64,000 nucleotides of DNA from contig JARFYF010000052.1 of the NCBI GenBank assembly GCA_030265395.1, positions 121,497,017-121,561,016 on the forward strand, given 5' to 3'. Positions 24,397 to 37,262 of this stretch are shown piece by piece. The position numbers were made by a program, and so were the translations under genes. The DNA comes from Rhina ancylostomus. Taxonomy: Eukaryota. The stretch's first letter is position 1. Every line of letters starts with the position of its first letter. The notes under the pieces were generated by a model. The model saw nothing but the letters and a program-made list of their open reading frames with translations. It ran no database searches and was not told where the DNA came from.

Positions 24397-26589
24397 ACCC
24401 AATGGGAGAAGTATGAAGATTGCTATTTACCAGTGCTTGCCTGCATGACTTTGCAAATGATATCCAGACCCAACTGGGTAACTTTTGTTCCCACCACTTA
24501 ACAGAGCTGGAGTACAATTTGGAGAACTTTAGACTTTCATGGAGGTGAAAGGGCTCCCTTTGGATGTTTAGGAATCAAAAGTCCTTTCTCTGCACAGCCT
24601 GTCAAGATACAAAGTGAAATAAGTGAAAGTTCATCATTGTCAACCAGGTCTTGCAAGAGTCAAATGCATTCAAAAAAACCTATTCAATTGAATGCTCCAG
24701 CTTATAAAATAATTAGTTTTGACTTATAATCAAATACCCTTGAGATGCATCACAGTACTTGATTAAATTTATTGAGGACAGATTTGTATTGATGAGATAC
24801 TTTGAGCAAATGGTCAATAATCACATCCAATCCTTTTCCATCTCAGTTAACGTTCAATATACGTTATCTCATATCTACATTAAGATGCATCTGCCATTCC
24901 TTATTCTACACATCTAGCTGTTATAAATCTTTACAGATTATCAATCCATTACAAATATAAACTATTATCCTTTTATAGACATCGTTACCTCAATAAAAAT
25001 ACTTTACAAAATGAACAAGTGTATTGCTGTACCAACAAAGAACACAGAATAAAAATGAAAGGAAGTATTCAGGTTTGTGGTGACAATTTTGAATTGACAT
25101 TTGCAAATGATGCTTTCAGTGTAATGTGCTTTGGTTATCCACAGTATTGTGAAGGCTCGCTCTTTGTATATACACATAACTTAGGTAGCCAGATTGCTGA
25201 CTCCCCATTATCACATAGCTGCTGTGTTCCTCACAGCCCACAGCTTGTACTTAGAACCTACTAATGCTTGGTTCTCTCAAGCATGCTGGGAAGGGAAAAA
25301 ACAATTTTTCAGCCAATTCTTGAAATGTGTCACAAAAAACATAGTGCTGTCTCAGCCTTCTAATCCCATTACTACAGGTACAGTCAGCCATTCTTCCTAC
25401 AGTTATTGCTACAATGTGAACATATGAATCAAGAGCTTGAGGAGGCATTTAGCTCCTCAAATCTGCTCTGTCATTTATTAAAATCAAGGAAATCTAAATT
25501 TCCAGCCTTCTGGAAATCTAAATATACTCTATCCCTTTAACACAAAACTATATTAATGTTAGCTTGATTACCTTAATTTTTTTTCTAAATCCCCCAATAT
25601 AACATCGTTAATACCTATTAACAAATTTTAAGCTAACTGATCTGTGATTCCCTGCCTTCTTTTCCTTCCTTATTGAATAAAAAAGTAACATTCACTATTC
25701 CCAATCTATAGGAACCTTCCCTTGATAAAATTAAGGAGTGCTCAATTGAATGATCACTCCAAATGCACCTGGAAGAATGCTTTTAAATCAGTTAATCATC
25801 CAATTTTCTGATATATATAGCAATTGCAGGTCAAGTGAAGTGAATATAATTTTCTGTGGGGTGCAGGAGGGATTTGAGAACAGAATTGAGGATTTATCCA
25901 AGACTGTTTTTGAATATAAGGGCATGGGCTGATTTCTGATAGGGTAGAATGTCAAACAGATTTAAGAAGCCATCTTCTTAACAGAGACAATGGGTTTACT
26001 GACTCCAAAAAATGCAGATTCCTAATGTAAGAGACTGGCTCCTGTTTGCTGCGTCATTTGTGTTTTAACCAATGAGTTAATCCTCCTTGGTTACATTGGT
26101 TCAACAAGTCCCCAATTGTCCAATGTGAGGAGGACCCTCTTTTGATGAGAGATCCTGACTGGAGTTTATAATCCATTGGAACCTTTGGCTTGTATGACGT
26201 CAGTAAAGCATCAATGCAATTTCCTGACTTGTGCCACTTTCAGCTCACAAACTGGGGAACATCAGTTACGTTATTCAGCCATTTCAGTCATTATTTAAAG
26301 GAATCCTTAAGTTTCTCTTTGGTAAAGTGACAAGAAGTGTTACTTAGAGTGGTTCATGTTCACTTTGTTTTTTTTTCTATCTTGGACTGCAGGTAATATC
26401 CCCTGAAATAAATTGTTCAATACAATTTGCTAAATGACTTCTTGAATGTGAAGGTCATTCTGGCAGTCTGGGTGTGGCTTTGCCAGGGTTTTTTTTAGAA
26501 TCACATTCTAAAGGAAGGAGTGAAGAAATCTGCTTCTGGAACGAAGAGAAATAAAAGGATACACATGTGAAGAATTTTTTTTACTTTCC

Positions 26590-26930
26590 CAGCAGTGTGC
26601 CTAGACCCTGGAGAATAGACATCTATTTCTCTGAGGAACAATGTATTAGAAGTTTTTTTTTTCTCCAGGGAAGCACTGACAGAATTGTGCTGGAGTTAGT
26701 GTATCATCAGTTGCGCACAGTCAAGGTTACTGCAGCCCTTGACTTCTTTGTATCTGACTACTTCAGGGTTGCCATGTGGGAAAGTAGCAGTACCAGAGAG
26801 TTTGCCATCAAGTGCTTCAGGAAAAGAATACCCTGTTGTCTGAACAAAGAGTTCATCATTAACTCTCGGGATATTCCAAAGCAGCGGTGCTGAGCTCCAA
26901 GGCACACAAAGATTTGAGGGTTACCTTTAT
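26590..26930 (+). pseudogene. PIF/Harbinger (HARBI1-like) transposase N-terminal fossil
   Basis: ORF 26567-26893 contains SEEQCIR (cf. LSEEQCLRRLRF), VKVTAALDFFVSDYF (cf. VKVTAALNFFASGSFQ) and FAIKCFRK (cf. FAVHCCIRQ), in the right order. Confidence 0.7.
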
Positions 26931-28399
26931 TTTGCTCTGGCAGCTCACCTACTAAATGTTAATGACCTGAAAGATGGAGATTCCTGAAAGAAATGTCAGA
27001 CATAGTGTAATATTGGCAAGCAACAGTAATTTATGTTTTCCAGAAAAAAACTGCAGTAGTTGTCAAGAGATTCACAAACATTATTTTTTGCAAAGAACAG
27101 CTCTACAGTCACCAAGTAAAACAACAATGCCTATGCTGCCTCACCTAGTTGTCCATCAGCATTCTCCTCTGTCACAGCTTGTTCCTGACTCTTACTCACA
27201 AGTGGAAGCTTGGCCCTTTCACAGCTATCCACACCATTCTGCATGATTTTTGAGATATATTGTGTATATACCTTCCCATTTCACCTGTAAAGTCCAAACA
27301 AGAGAATTGTTGTTTCAGTGTGTCAGTTATCCTGCTCTTCCATTGGATTTTTAGTAATATTGGAACCATATAGAGCTTGGTTAAATACATTTCAAACAGA
27401 CTCCCAATATTTGCTCAGAATCAAATTGTTCAGTCTAATGTAACTCTGATATAAGTGGGAGCCTTGGTGATTTCCTTAGGTTTTGCATAGTATGGATTCT
27501 GGCTGGAAACCATCATAATATTTGGCAATGACAATGCCTCCATTTCAATATTTGTAATCTTTCCTGTTATTAATTGTTAATTCTATAGATATTTGTGCAG
27601 CAGTGTGGCCATAGCCTGCACTGTCCTGCATCTGGGGAATGACACATCTTTCAGAAACAAAACTCAGGGGTTCCCTTTACAATCTCTGCATCCTTGTGCT
27701 AAATTTCATACCATCAATTTAGTACCATTAATACCAAGTTGAAACAAATTCTTTGCCTGCCAATAAATCACAAACTAATTGCTGTTGTCCATATCTTCTA
27801 TTCTTGGAAGTAAGGTCCAGGGAAATTAAATGAATGTACAATGCACCACTTCAAATGTTACCTCATGCTTGATTGCAACCCCTGTTGCAGGAAATGACAC
27901 AAATCATTAAAGTCTCCCTTTGTGAGACAGAACCATCTCACACATTGTTCCCTAATGAGGCCAAGCCAGATTGGCATCTTTGGTAGATCCATCTACTTTA
28001 CATTTGAATCTGTCTATGGTAAATTCATATTCATATGATCTCATTTCTCCCTATCTCTGTAACCTTCTTTAGCTTCTTAACTCTCGAAGAATTTGGTTTC
28101 CCTCTAATTCAGCTCTCTTGTACATCTCCTATTTGCATCATCCTTCTAATACTGGCCAAATATACAGATGCCAAAGTCCTGAGCCCTCGAATCACTTCCC
28201 TTTCCTGCTCCATTACTTTCTCTTCAATTGCAGTGTTCCTTAAGGCCAACAAGGTTTTGGTTGCCTGTTCCAAATTCTGTTTGACCCAACCCACACCTTG
28301 CATTGACCTCCCATCATATCCCAGCAATCCCAGAGGTGCCGCTAACCTTTTCTGCACTGAAAGCATTGCAGTGACTGCCATTTTGAGAGGGTTGTGGCT

Positions 28400-28474
28400 T
28401 GCACTGTTCTGCTGCCACAAAACAACAAACTTCATGACATGTGTCAGTGATAATAAACATGATTCTGATTCTGA
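28400..28474 (+). mobile_element. Rex1/Babar 3' tail
   Basis: Nearly the same as 43105-43178, ending (gattct)n. Confidence 0.8.
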
Positions 28475-28819
28475 GACCAGTCTGTGACTGGCTTACTCCC
28501 AGACCACCCTGGTGGCTTACTGACAATTTGGGCTCTCACAAGACCTTCCTCTCATTGGCTCTAAATGCCTTAGCTCACTTAAAATAATTTAAACAAATAA
28601 AGTCATTTTCTACAAAAAAAAATCTTAAAACAGAAGTTTTTAAACCATGGTTACCTCGTGGAAATTAATTGAAATAATATTAGTTTAAAAGGATTAAAAA
28701 AATCTAATCACTTGGTGTCATTTACCTCTTCAGTGAAGGTCTCATTCAAATGAATGGGGTCATGTTAAATTCACCCACTGTGGCTGGCTTATAGCTTAGG
28801 ATCCAGATGCACAATGTAT

Positions 28820-29345
28820 TTGGTAATTGGTTTATTATTGTCACTTGTACTAAGATACAGTGAAAAGCTTTGTTTGCATGCCATCAAGACTGATCATTCA
28901 TACATAATACATCAAAATAGTACAAAAAATGCAGAATGTAGTGTTAGAGAAAGTGCAGTGCAGGTAGACAAATAAAGTGCAAGGGCCATGGCGAGGTATA
29001 TTGAGAGATCAATCGTTTATTTCTACCATATGAGGGGTCCATTCAAGAGCCTTATAACAGCAGAATAGAAGCTGTCCTTGAGTCTGGTGGTATTTGTTCT
29101 CAAGCTTTTGTCTTCTGCCTGATAGGAAAGAGAAGAAGAGAAAATGACCAGGGTGGGAGGGGTCTTTGATTATGCCAGCTGGTTTCCTGAGGCATTGGGA
29201 AGTGTAGACAGAGTCAATGGAGGGGAGGCTGGTTGTTGTGATAGACTGAGCAGCGTTCACAACTCTCCACAGTTTCTCGTGGTCTTAGGCAAAGTAGTTG
29301 CCACACCAAGCTGTAATGCATCCAGATAAGATGCTCTTGATGATA
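28820..29345 (-). mobile_element. Rex1/Babar LINE 3' end
   Basis: NAAQSITTTSLPSIDSVYTSQCLRKPAGIIKDPSHPGH. Confidence 0.9.
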
Positions 29346-31331
29346 TCTGGCCCCTGGGATTAGGATGATAAGGAACTACACCAGCTGCTTCTGTATTTCT
29401 GCACTGCAATGCACGTTCCTGGAGTCTGGAATACCCTGGCACATTCACCAAAATCATTTCCTACAAAAGAACAGGCAAAAAAAACAGTTCATTTTGACCC
29501 AATATCTTTCCAAGGGGCTTGCTTTCAAATTATATCTGGTAACCCTTCCATGAAGCAACCTTGTACACTTTTTTATGACATTAGTGGTTTGGATTACCAA
29601 GTTATTGATATGCAGACTACAGATTTGTTTTAGGCTTGCCGCTGTAGAACTGGGTAAGTTTCTGCTGGTAAGCTACTCAATTATTATAATTGACCCAAGG
29701 GCTCAGTAATTGAAAGATTGTGGCATTTTAATGTTAATAGAGATTTCTTCCTCAAGATGTAAGTATTAGCTGACTTCAGCAGCTCCCCTTTCTACTATCA
29801 TTTAGAATGATCAAACCATTGTTTCCATATGATAGTTCTCTAATATACATGTTTCACTAAGTAGCTAGCAAAACGCTGGTGCTCCATTTACATTCACTGG
29901 GAGACTTGTTTAGTAAGTCTAAGCTATGAAAAATAAACTAGAAGTTAAGCTAAATATTGGGGGAATTCAATGAGGGGAGGGGATTAAGGCTCCTTTTCTT
30001 ANNNNNNNNNNNNNNNNNNNNNNNNNNNNNNNNNNNNNNNNNNNNNNNNNNNNNNNNNNNNNNNNNNNNNNNNNNNNNNNNNNNNNNNNNNNNNNNNNNN
30101 NNNNNNNNNNNNNNNNNNNNNNNNNNNNNNNNNNNNNNNNNNNNNNNNNNNNNNNNNNNNNNNNNNNNNNNNNNNNNNNNNNNNNNNNNNNNNNNNNNNN
30201 NNNNNNNNNNNNNNNNNNNNNNNNNNNNNNNNNNNNNNNNNNNNNNNNNNNNNNNNNNNNNNNNNNNNNNNNNNNNNNNNNNNNNNNNNNNNNNNNNNNN
30301 NNNNNNNNNNNNNNNNNNNNNNNNNNNNNNNNNNNNNNNNNNNNNNNNNNNNNNNNNNNNNNNNNNNNNNNNNNNNNNNNNNNNNNNNNNNNNNNNNNNN
30401 NNNNNNNNNNNNNNNNNNNNNNNNNNNNNNNNNNNNNNNNNNNNNNNNNNNNNNNNNNNNNNNNNNNNNNNNNNNNNNNNNNNNNNNNNNNNNNNNNNNN
30501 NNNNNNNNNNNNNNNNNNNNNNNNNNNNNNNNNNNNNNNNNNNNNNNNNNNNNNNNNNNNNNNNNNNNNNNNNNNNNNNNNNNNNNNNNNNNNNNNNNNN
30601 NNNNNNNNNNNNNNNNNNNNNNNNNNNNNNNNNNNNNNNNNNNNNNNNNNNNNNNNNNNNNNNNNNNNNNNNNNNNNNNNNNNNNNNNNNNNNNNNNNNN
30701 NNNNNNNNNNNNNNNNNNNNNNNNNNNNNNNNNNNNNNNNNNNNNNNNNNNNNNNNNNNNNNNNNNNNNNNNNNNNNNNNNNNNNNNNNNNNNNNNNNNN
30801 NNNNNNNNNNNNNNNNNNNNNNNNNNNNNNNNNNNNNNNNNNNNNNNNNCTCATATGGAACCATGGAAAATATCCTTGCCTCCCTCCGTAGACACGTTTA
30901 ACCAAAACAGTGTAAATATAATGAGTTTGATACAATTTAGCACAAAAACAACAGCTGCCATTTATGATAAGAATCTTGTAATCAATTTCATTCCAAATAA
31001 CGTTAAGGGGTTCAGTCCAAGGAATCAGCTTTCATAAATAGACCACATAAAAATTCTTTACTTGCACCATTCTTTGATAAGGTACTTATTAAATTTTTGA
31101 TTCAACTTGAGGAGCAGCTAATGTTCTGGTGATGTTGTAATCATATGATACCCTTTCCATTTGCAATACATTTTATTTCAATGTCTCACTTTGTCCTTTT
31201 ATTATCCTTTCATAAAGTAATTGAGGTCCACTATACGCAGCACAGTTCCAGTTAAGCTCCACTGATTTAAAAGCTATGGGAATTTCACTTGTAAGCTTAC
31301 ACTACTCATGCTACTCCTTAAATTGCACATG

Positions 31332-31345
31332 GTTTCTATGGCAAC
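31332..31345. promoter_or_regulatory. RFX X-box motif within a repeat-free block
   Basis: GTTTCTATGGCAAC fits the RFX palindromic consensus; GTGGGAA (RBPJ) and two CCAAT motifs lie within ~110 bp. Confidence 0.45.
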
Positions 31346-32699
31346 TGCACTGGGATTCACAGTGTTTATCCAATGATTCCTTGAACGCTGTATATGTAAG
31401 AAATTCACTGCGCCATGGCCTTGTGGGAAAATAACAGGGGTCCAATCAGCAGTGTCATTTTAACACTGCTTATTACATGCATTATAATTTCTAGCCTGCA
31501 GTCCTTGGCATAGACATTCTTGGTTGTCAACATTAACACATAATAAACTAGTGGTTGTATGCTGTACTTCTTTTCTGAATTTTGATGCCATTGAAGTCAG
31601 CTTCAACCCTAAGTGTCCAGATACCTACTTCCCCCATCTCAGCTGCTCCCTAAATAAAAGTATGTATTCATAATACCTTGCGCTTATGATAATGAACTAA
31701 TAATTTAACCATTTGACTTTAAAACAGTTAGCAAAATGGCATCGTTACAATATGTCAAGCATTATTTCACTAATACTTGTTAACGTCGACAATAGGTATT
31801 AATTCAACAAAATTCATGAGAGATGTTAACTGAGCTCCTTCATACTGACAGATGCAGTAGATTCTATTATTTTCAAGGTAGCAGCAGCTAACTTTCAATG
31901 CATAGAGAAATATGGGAGGAAGCAAAATAAAATGTAAATCATGGTTGACCTTTGTTTTGGAGTTTGGAAATACTTTTTAGTTTGCATTTGTATTTTCTCC
32001 TTCTGTTTCCTCTTACACTGTAATTTTCAGCTATTTAATGTTAGCATTTCATGTTTAGCTATGGAAGAGGCTCGAATATGTAAGTGAATGATTAAAGTTA
32101 ATGAGAATCCTGCTGAGCCGTATATTCTTCACAGCAACAATGCAATTCAGTAATTTAAATTTCTGTTCCAATTCTACATTGCATTTATTTGTTTTTTTAA
32201 AAGCAAATACATGCAAAGCCTCAGGGAAAAATCAATATTTAAAAAAAAAGTAAGATTAGAGTGAGTGGAATTGAAAGGAGAAAACTGGCATGGGAGATTC
32301 AAATAGTGTCTATAGTCTCTAGGATTGATCTAGAGTTATACTGAATAGACTATTTTTAAAACTGATCATTGCCGCCAGTTGATTTTGTTTTGAGGCACAC
32401 TGGATTGACTTTTTTTAAACAAAATTTCACAGCTACTGAAATACACAGCTCCGAATAATTCCAGGAATTTTATGGTAATATAAAAGATCTTTTACCTCCA
32501 GTTGTATTGTCTTACTGTATTTTTTTAAATCCTGCCTGTTCCCTGGAGCTGACCACAATGGATAACTTTTCAGTGCTTAATATTCTACCCACTTGTCAGA
32601 AAGTGTGAAGAAAATGTCCCAAATATCCCAGTGGACAACAAACCCAAGCTTGGTGCTTTAAGAACTGCACCTGAGGTGAATATGTCTCCTGAAGGACTT

Positions 32700-33135
32700 T
32701 ACATGGATAACAAAAAAGGTATTATCCTTGGTTGAAAGCCATAAGAGCTGTTAAAAGTATCGGTTCAGCCACAGCAGGAGTATTGTGTCCAATTCTGAGT
32801 GTCATACTGTGAAAAATATCAGAAGGGTGCAGAAGAGATTTGCCAAAATAATTTCAGGTAAGAGGACTGGAGACGATGGGATTGTCTTGCGACATGGGAG
32901 GGAGCAAGGAAATCTGATAAAAGTATTTAAAATCATGACAAAATAGCTGAAGAAAAACAGTTCCCATTGCCTGAAAGGTCAAGAATGAATGCAAATGGAA
33001 CAAGGATGACTGACAAAAGAATTAAAAGTGACAGAAAGTTGCAGAGAAATCTGTCAGAGGTAGTTAAGATCATGTAGAGACAAAGAAGATAACAAAAATT
33101 CAATGGGCTGAATGGCCTCCCTCTGATTCTGATCC
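32700..33135 (+). mobile_element. Decayed CR1 3' region
   Basis: ggagtattgtgtccaattctg (LEYCVQF), agaagggtgcagaagagatt, tail gggctgaatggcctcc. Confidence 0.75.
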
Positions 33136-33554
33136 TTGATTTAGATCCTGCTTTGAGCACTGAAGTGGTTTTTAGACTTTTTTTACTGAAAATAGTCAGA
33201 ATTGGAACTACCTTAAAATAGTCTCATGTTAACTGAAATGCTAAGGTTTAATTTGTAGAGATTTTTCAGGTTCAATAGGCTCCTTAGTTGCAGCAAGAGA
33301 ATGCTTGCAGTTTCTGCCAACGGTAGCCCAATGAAGGACCCTTTCAAGTTAAGATATTTGTAATTCACATTGAATCATAAGTGGGAAGCTACCATTGATG
33401 AATACTCTGTGAAGAGCTATACTATAGTACAAAAGAAGAAAAGAATCAGCCTGCAGTGATATCTTTGAATCTACAAAGAAAATTTGGCTAGATTTTCTAT
33501 TAATCAGAGGGGTGACATTGGGCATGAGTTGAGTAGCATGGGAAAAAAAGAACT

Positions 33555-34165
33555 TAGAGCCATAGAGTCATGCAGCATGGAAACAGGCCATTCGGACCAC
33601 CACATCCACTCTGACCAGTGGGCACTCTCCCATATTAACCCCATTTTCCAGCAGTTGTCCCATAGTCTACTATGCCAAAGTGATTTAAGTGCTTATCTGG
33701 ACACTTCTTACATGCTGTCAATGACTTGACTTTCACCACTCTCTCCAGCAGTGCTTTCCTGGAACTCACCACCCTCTGGGTGAAAAAGGTCTCCCTCAGA
33801 CCCCTTCTAAATCTTTTAACCCTTACTTTAAATCTATGTCCTCTAGGTTTATTCACGTCTGTTAAGGGAAAAGTTTCCCTCTGTCTACCTTATCTATAAC
33901 TCTTTTAATTTTATATACCTCAATCATCTCCCATCTTAACCTCCAGGAAAAACAGACCTAGCCTCTCCATTCTCTCCTCTTAAGTGCAACACTCCATTCA
34001 AGTCATGTCCTTTTCACCTTCTCCGGCACCATCATATCTTTCCTACAGTGTGGTGACCAGAATTGCACACAATACTCTAAGCGGAGGTCTGACCAACATT
34101 TTGTGAAGCTGGAGCACAACCTCTCTGCTCTTGTATTTAATGCTCTGACTAATGAAAGCCAGTCC
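33555..34165 (-). mobile_element. CR1/HER1-type LINE 3' region
   Basis: RLEYCVQFWSPHCRKD and RGHRFKVRVKRFRRGLRETFFTQRVV. Confidence 0.92.
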
Positions 34166-35868
34166 TTCAGAAACAAGGAAGGATTCATACAGAGTAAGTG
34201 ACCCAGTGACTTAAACTCTGGATGTATGTTAAGTTAATTGGTAGCTTCATTCTCAATTTTAGTGAGATAATGTCTAGTAGTACTATTTGCAGAAACTTTG
34301 ATGAACCATTTGAATCCAAGTATAACTGAAGAGCACATCAAGCTAATTGGAGAGACAAATAGATGACTAGCTGGTAACATGGAGCATGCATTAAAATTAC
34401 GACGTGACTGAAAAGTTTTGGTTTTGGAGGGTGGAGGGGCGAAGGAGCGAAGGAGCTGGGGTTAAGTACAGGCTGCTTTGTGGCTTCTCCTTAAATAGTT
34501 TTACTCAGACTCGTCAGTTCCATGTTGAGGCAGAATTGTAACTCTGGAGATTACAGGGTAAAAAATGCAATGCAATCCAGGCCAGTACAAACTGGAAGAG
34601 TAAGTTAGGTTTTATTGTAGGTGGGATAGAAAAGAGGACTCGTCTCCCCAATGATCAGATTTCTTTCCTGNNNNNNNNNNNNNNNNNNNNNNNNNNNNNN
34701 NNNNNNNNNNNNNNNNNNNNNNNNNNNNNNNNNNNNNNNNNNNNNGATAGCCATCAATGAGTCATGGAAGTGAGCCACCTATCAAATTCTACACTTATCC
34801 CAGCACCCAAGAGGTGTTTAAGTCATCAGACTGTTGGTCTAAGTAGCAAAAAGCTGGTCTCATCTTGCTGCTTGCCAAATCCAATATGGGGATCCACACT
34901 GGAATGCTTAAACTCACTTAGCTTCCATAAGGTCATGTAGACAGGAAGGTACAGCCATTTCATACCTGTGCAATCACAGTAGTGCTTGTGCTTCTTGCCC
35001 TTTGCTGATGTAAGCAATTAGGAAAGGTTAAAACTACTTTCATTCCTAAGAGGGGCCACTGATGATAAGCAGTGGCATTTTTGAAGGGTTGGTAAACTGG
35101 CCTCCCACTCACCTTGTGATTGACATCAGAACTGTGTGACATCAATAGGCTGGCTTGCACACCTTGTTTAATATTACTGGCAGGGTGTCCTTCAGGAACA
35201 AGAGGATCCATTAACACCACCCAATAATGCTGCATCTGCTATTTCTGCAGAGTGGAAGGACATGGGTTGTCCATAGTCATCCTGACCTGCTTTGTACTCC
35301 TTTACAGAACAGACCTCCTGATGGTAAATGTTTTGATACCGAGAGAGAACTTGAGAAAAAGTAATTACTTGTGCATGGTATTGAGTATCCTGACACCCAA
35401 ACCCTATATGGTAGCAACAAACTCCAAAATGGGCTCTGAGTGTGGATGAGGCTTTAAAGTGTCTCACTAACTGCAAGTTCCATGCCTTGTCTCTGTCATA
35501 TTTAACTTGTGTGCAGGAAGCTTGATGCTGTACACTCCTGTGCCTGAAAATCTCCCCATCTTTTGAACACCTTAACAAACCTGCCTCCTTCTTTCAGATA
35601 GAAGCACCAGGCAGCCATTCCGACCCTGACCTAAAATCAAGTTCATCTTCACCAAGCAGAACAGAATTTCCTTAAATTTGAGTGGCATTGAGATGGAAAT
35701 TATCCTTATTACATCCTTTAATGTCTTCCCCGCCCCCACACAAGGAACACACTAGAGTGAAAGTCAGAGAGCTCCACTCAGTAGTTGGTTAAGTTACTGG
35801 GCTACAGCCAGAATTTTGGACCAGAAGTTTAAATCCTGACATGCCAGCTGAGAAACTTAAACTGACAT

Positions 35869-36158
35869 TGTCACAATGTTGAGTAAACTGAGAACCCAAA
35901 TGCAGCACACCGATACAAGACTGGAGTCAGCATACTTCCTCAGGACAAACACAGGCAGTAACTGGAAGGAATCTTGCCTCANNNNNNNNNNNNNNNNNNN
36001 NNNNNNNNNNNNNNNNNNNNNNNNNNNNNNNNNNNNNNNNNNNNNNNNNNNNNNNNNNNNNNNNNNNNNNNNNNNNNNNNNGTCCAGCATGGAATCCATG
36101 TGCTGGACAACAAGGCATTAAAGGAGCCAAAATGAGGCCATAACTCAGAACCATGACA
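35869..36158 (-). mobile_element. Solo LTR (Gypsy-like) with 5-bp TSD GACAT
   Basis: TGTCA...TGACA termini flanked by GACAT at 35864-35868 and 36159-36163; internal N gap. Confidence 0.9.
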
Positions 36159-36199
36159 GACATAATTAATCTGAAACTAAAACTAAAGACCTACTCTCA

Positions 36200-36422
36200 G
36201 TAATGGTAACCATGAACTACTGATTGTTATAAGAACCCCCCTGGTCGACTGATATCCTTCAGGTAAACAAATCTCCTGCTGCTACCTGCTCTGGTGCACT
36301 TGTGATTCCAGACCCACCATTATGTTTGACTCTTAACTCCCTCAACACTTCAAGGACAATTAGGGATGGACAATAAAGCCTGGCACTTCCAGTGACTTCC
36401 ACATCCACGTAAATTAAAAAAA
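36200..36422 (+). mobile_element. Decayed LINE-tail fragment (family of 17500-17960)
   Basis: caaggacaattagggatggacaataaagcctggc...gacttccacatcc. Confidence 0.6.
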
Positions 36423-37087
36423 GAAGTCATACATCAATGAGCAGATTGTACTGAGAGTTAGAACTTGGAAAGAAGTATCTTTTCTGAATTGTTTTGCTTT
36501 ACAAGTATATCAGATAAGCAAAGTAACATTTGGAGAAAGTTACATTTTGTGCCTTGCAAAAGCAATAAATGAACTTATTCTATTCACAAATTACATATTT
36601 ATTTTTATTTATGATCTCTTCCAAGCACTATTGGCAATTTGCAAGAAAGTCATTTCAATGGGAGCAAGCAGCTTCCTATCAATATATTGTGTAAGATATT
36701 TACATTTGTCAATCGAAGCATGGAGGAATAAAGTAAAAATGACAAGCTGGAAGTTCCTCTAATGGGTAAAATTAATAAGTGCTCTTCACAGGCCGAGAAT
36801 CTGATCTAAAGTAAATGCAAGAGCCTTATAATTGTAGGGCAGAATGAGAGAGGAAATCAATGTGCAGGATGGGTCTTCCAGATCTGTCAAGTCTCACATA
36901 TTTGCATTCACTCATGCATTTAGTTTTATAACATGACCTATTTTAATGTACCTCAGTCATAGAAAAGCAAACACCATTACATCCACTTAAATAGGTTTGC
37001 ACTTGGACTTGCTCATTTGATGATGAATATTATTCCTAACATTTCATAGATGATGATAGGCTGTCTTTGAAGGATGCAAAATAATGA

Positions 37088-37262
37088 CCATAGAACAATA
37101 CAGCCCTTCAGCCCACCATGTTGTGCCGACATTCAAACCACAGCTAAGACTATCTAACCCCTTCCTCCCACATATCCCTCTATCTTAAGTTCCTCCATAT
37201 GCTTATCCAATAATCTCTTGAACTTGACCAACGTATCAGCCTCCATCACCACCCCAAGCAGC
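37088..37262 (-). mobile_element. CR1/HER1 3' fragment
   Basis: catagaacaatacagcccttcagcccac...gcctccatcaccaccccaagcagc. Confidence 0.8.

Noticed and set aside
28035-28487. 150-aa ORF
   Set aside because: Runs across decayed repeat sequence and into a Rex1/Babar tail; no domain motif
29950-30935. Long ORFs of 200-320 aa here and at 15116-15859
   Set aside because: They consist almost entirely of translated N gaps or microsatellite
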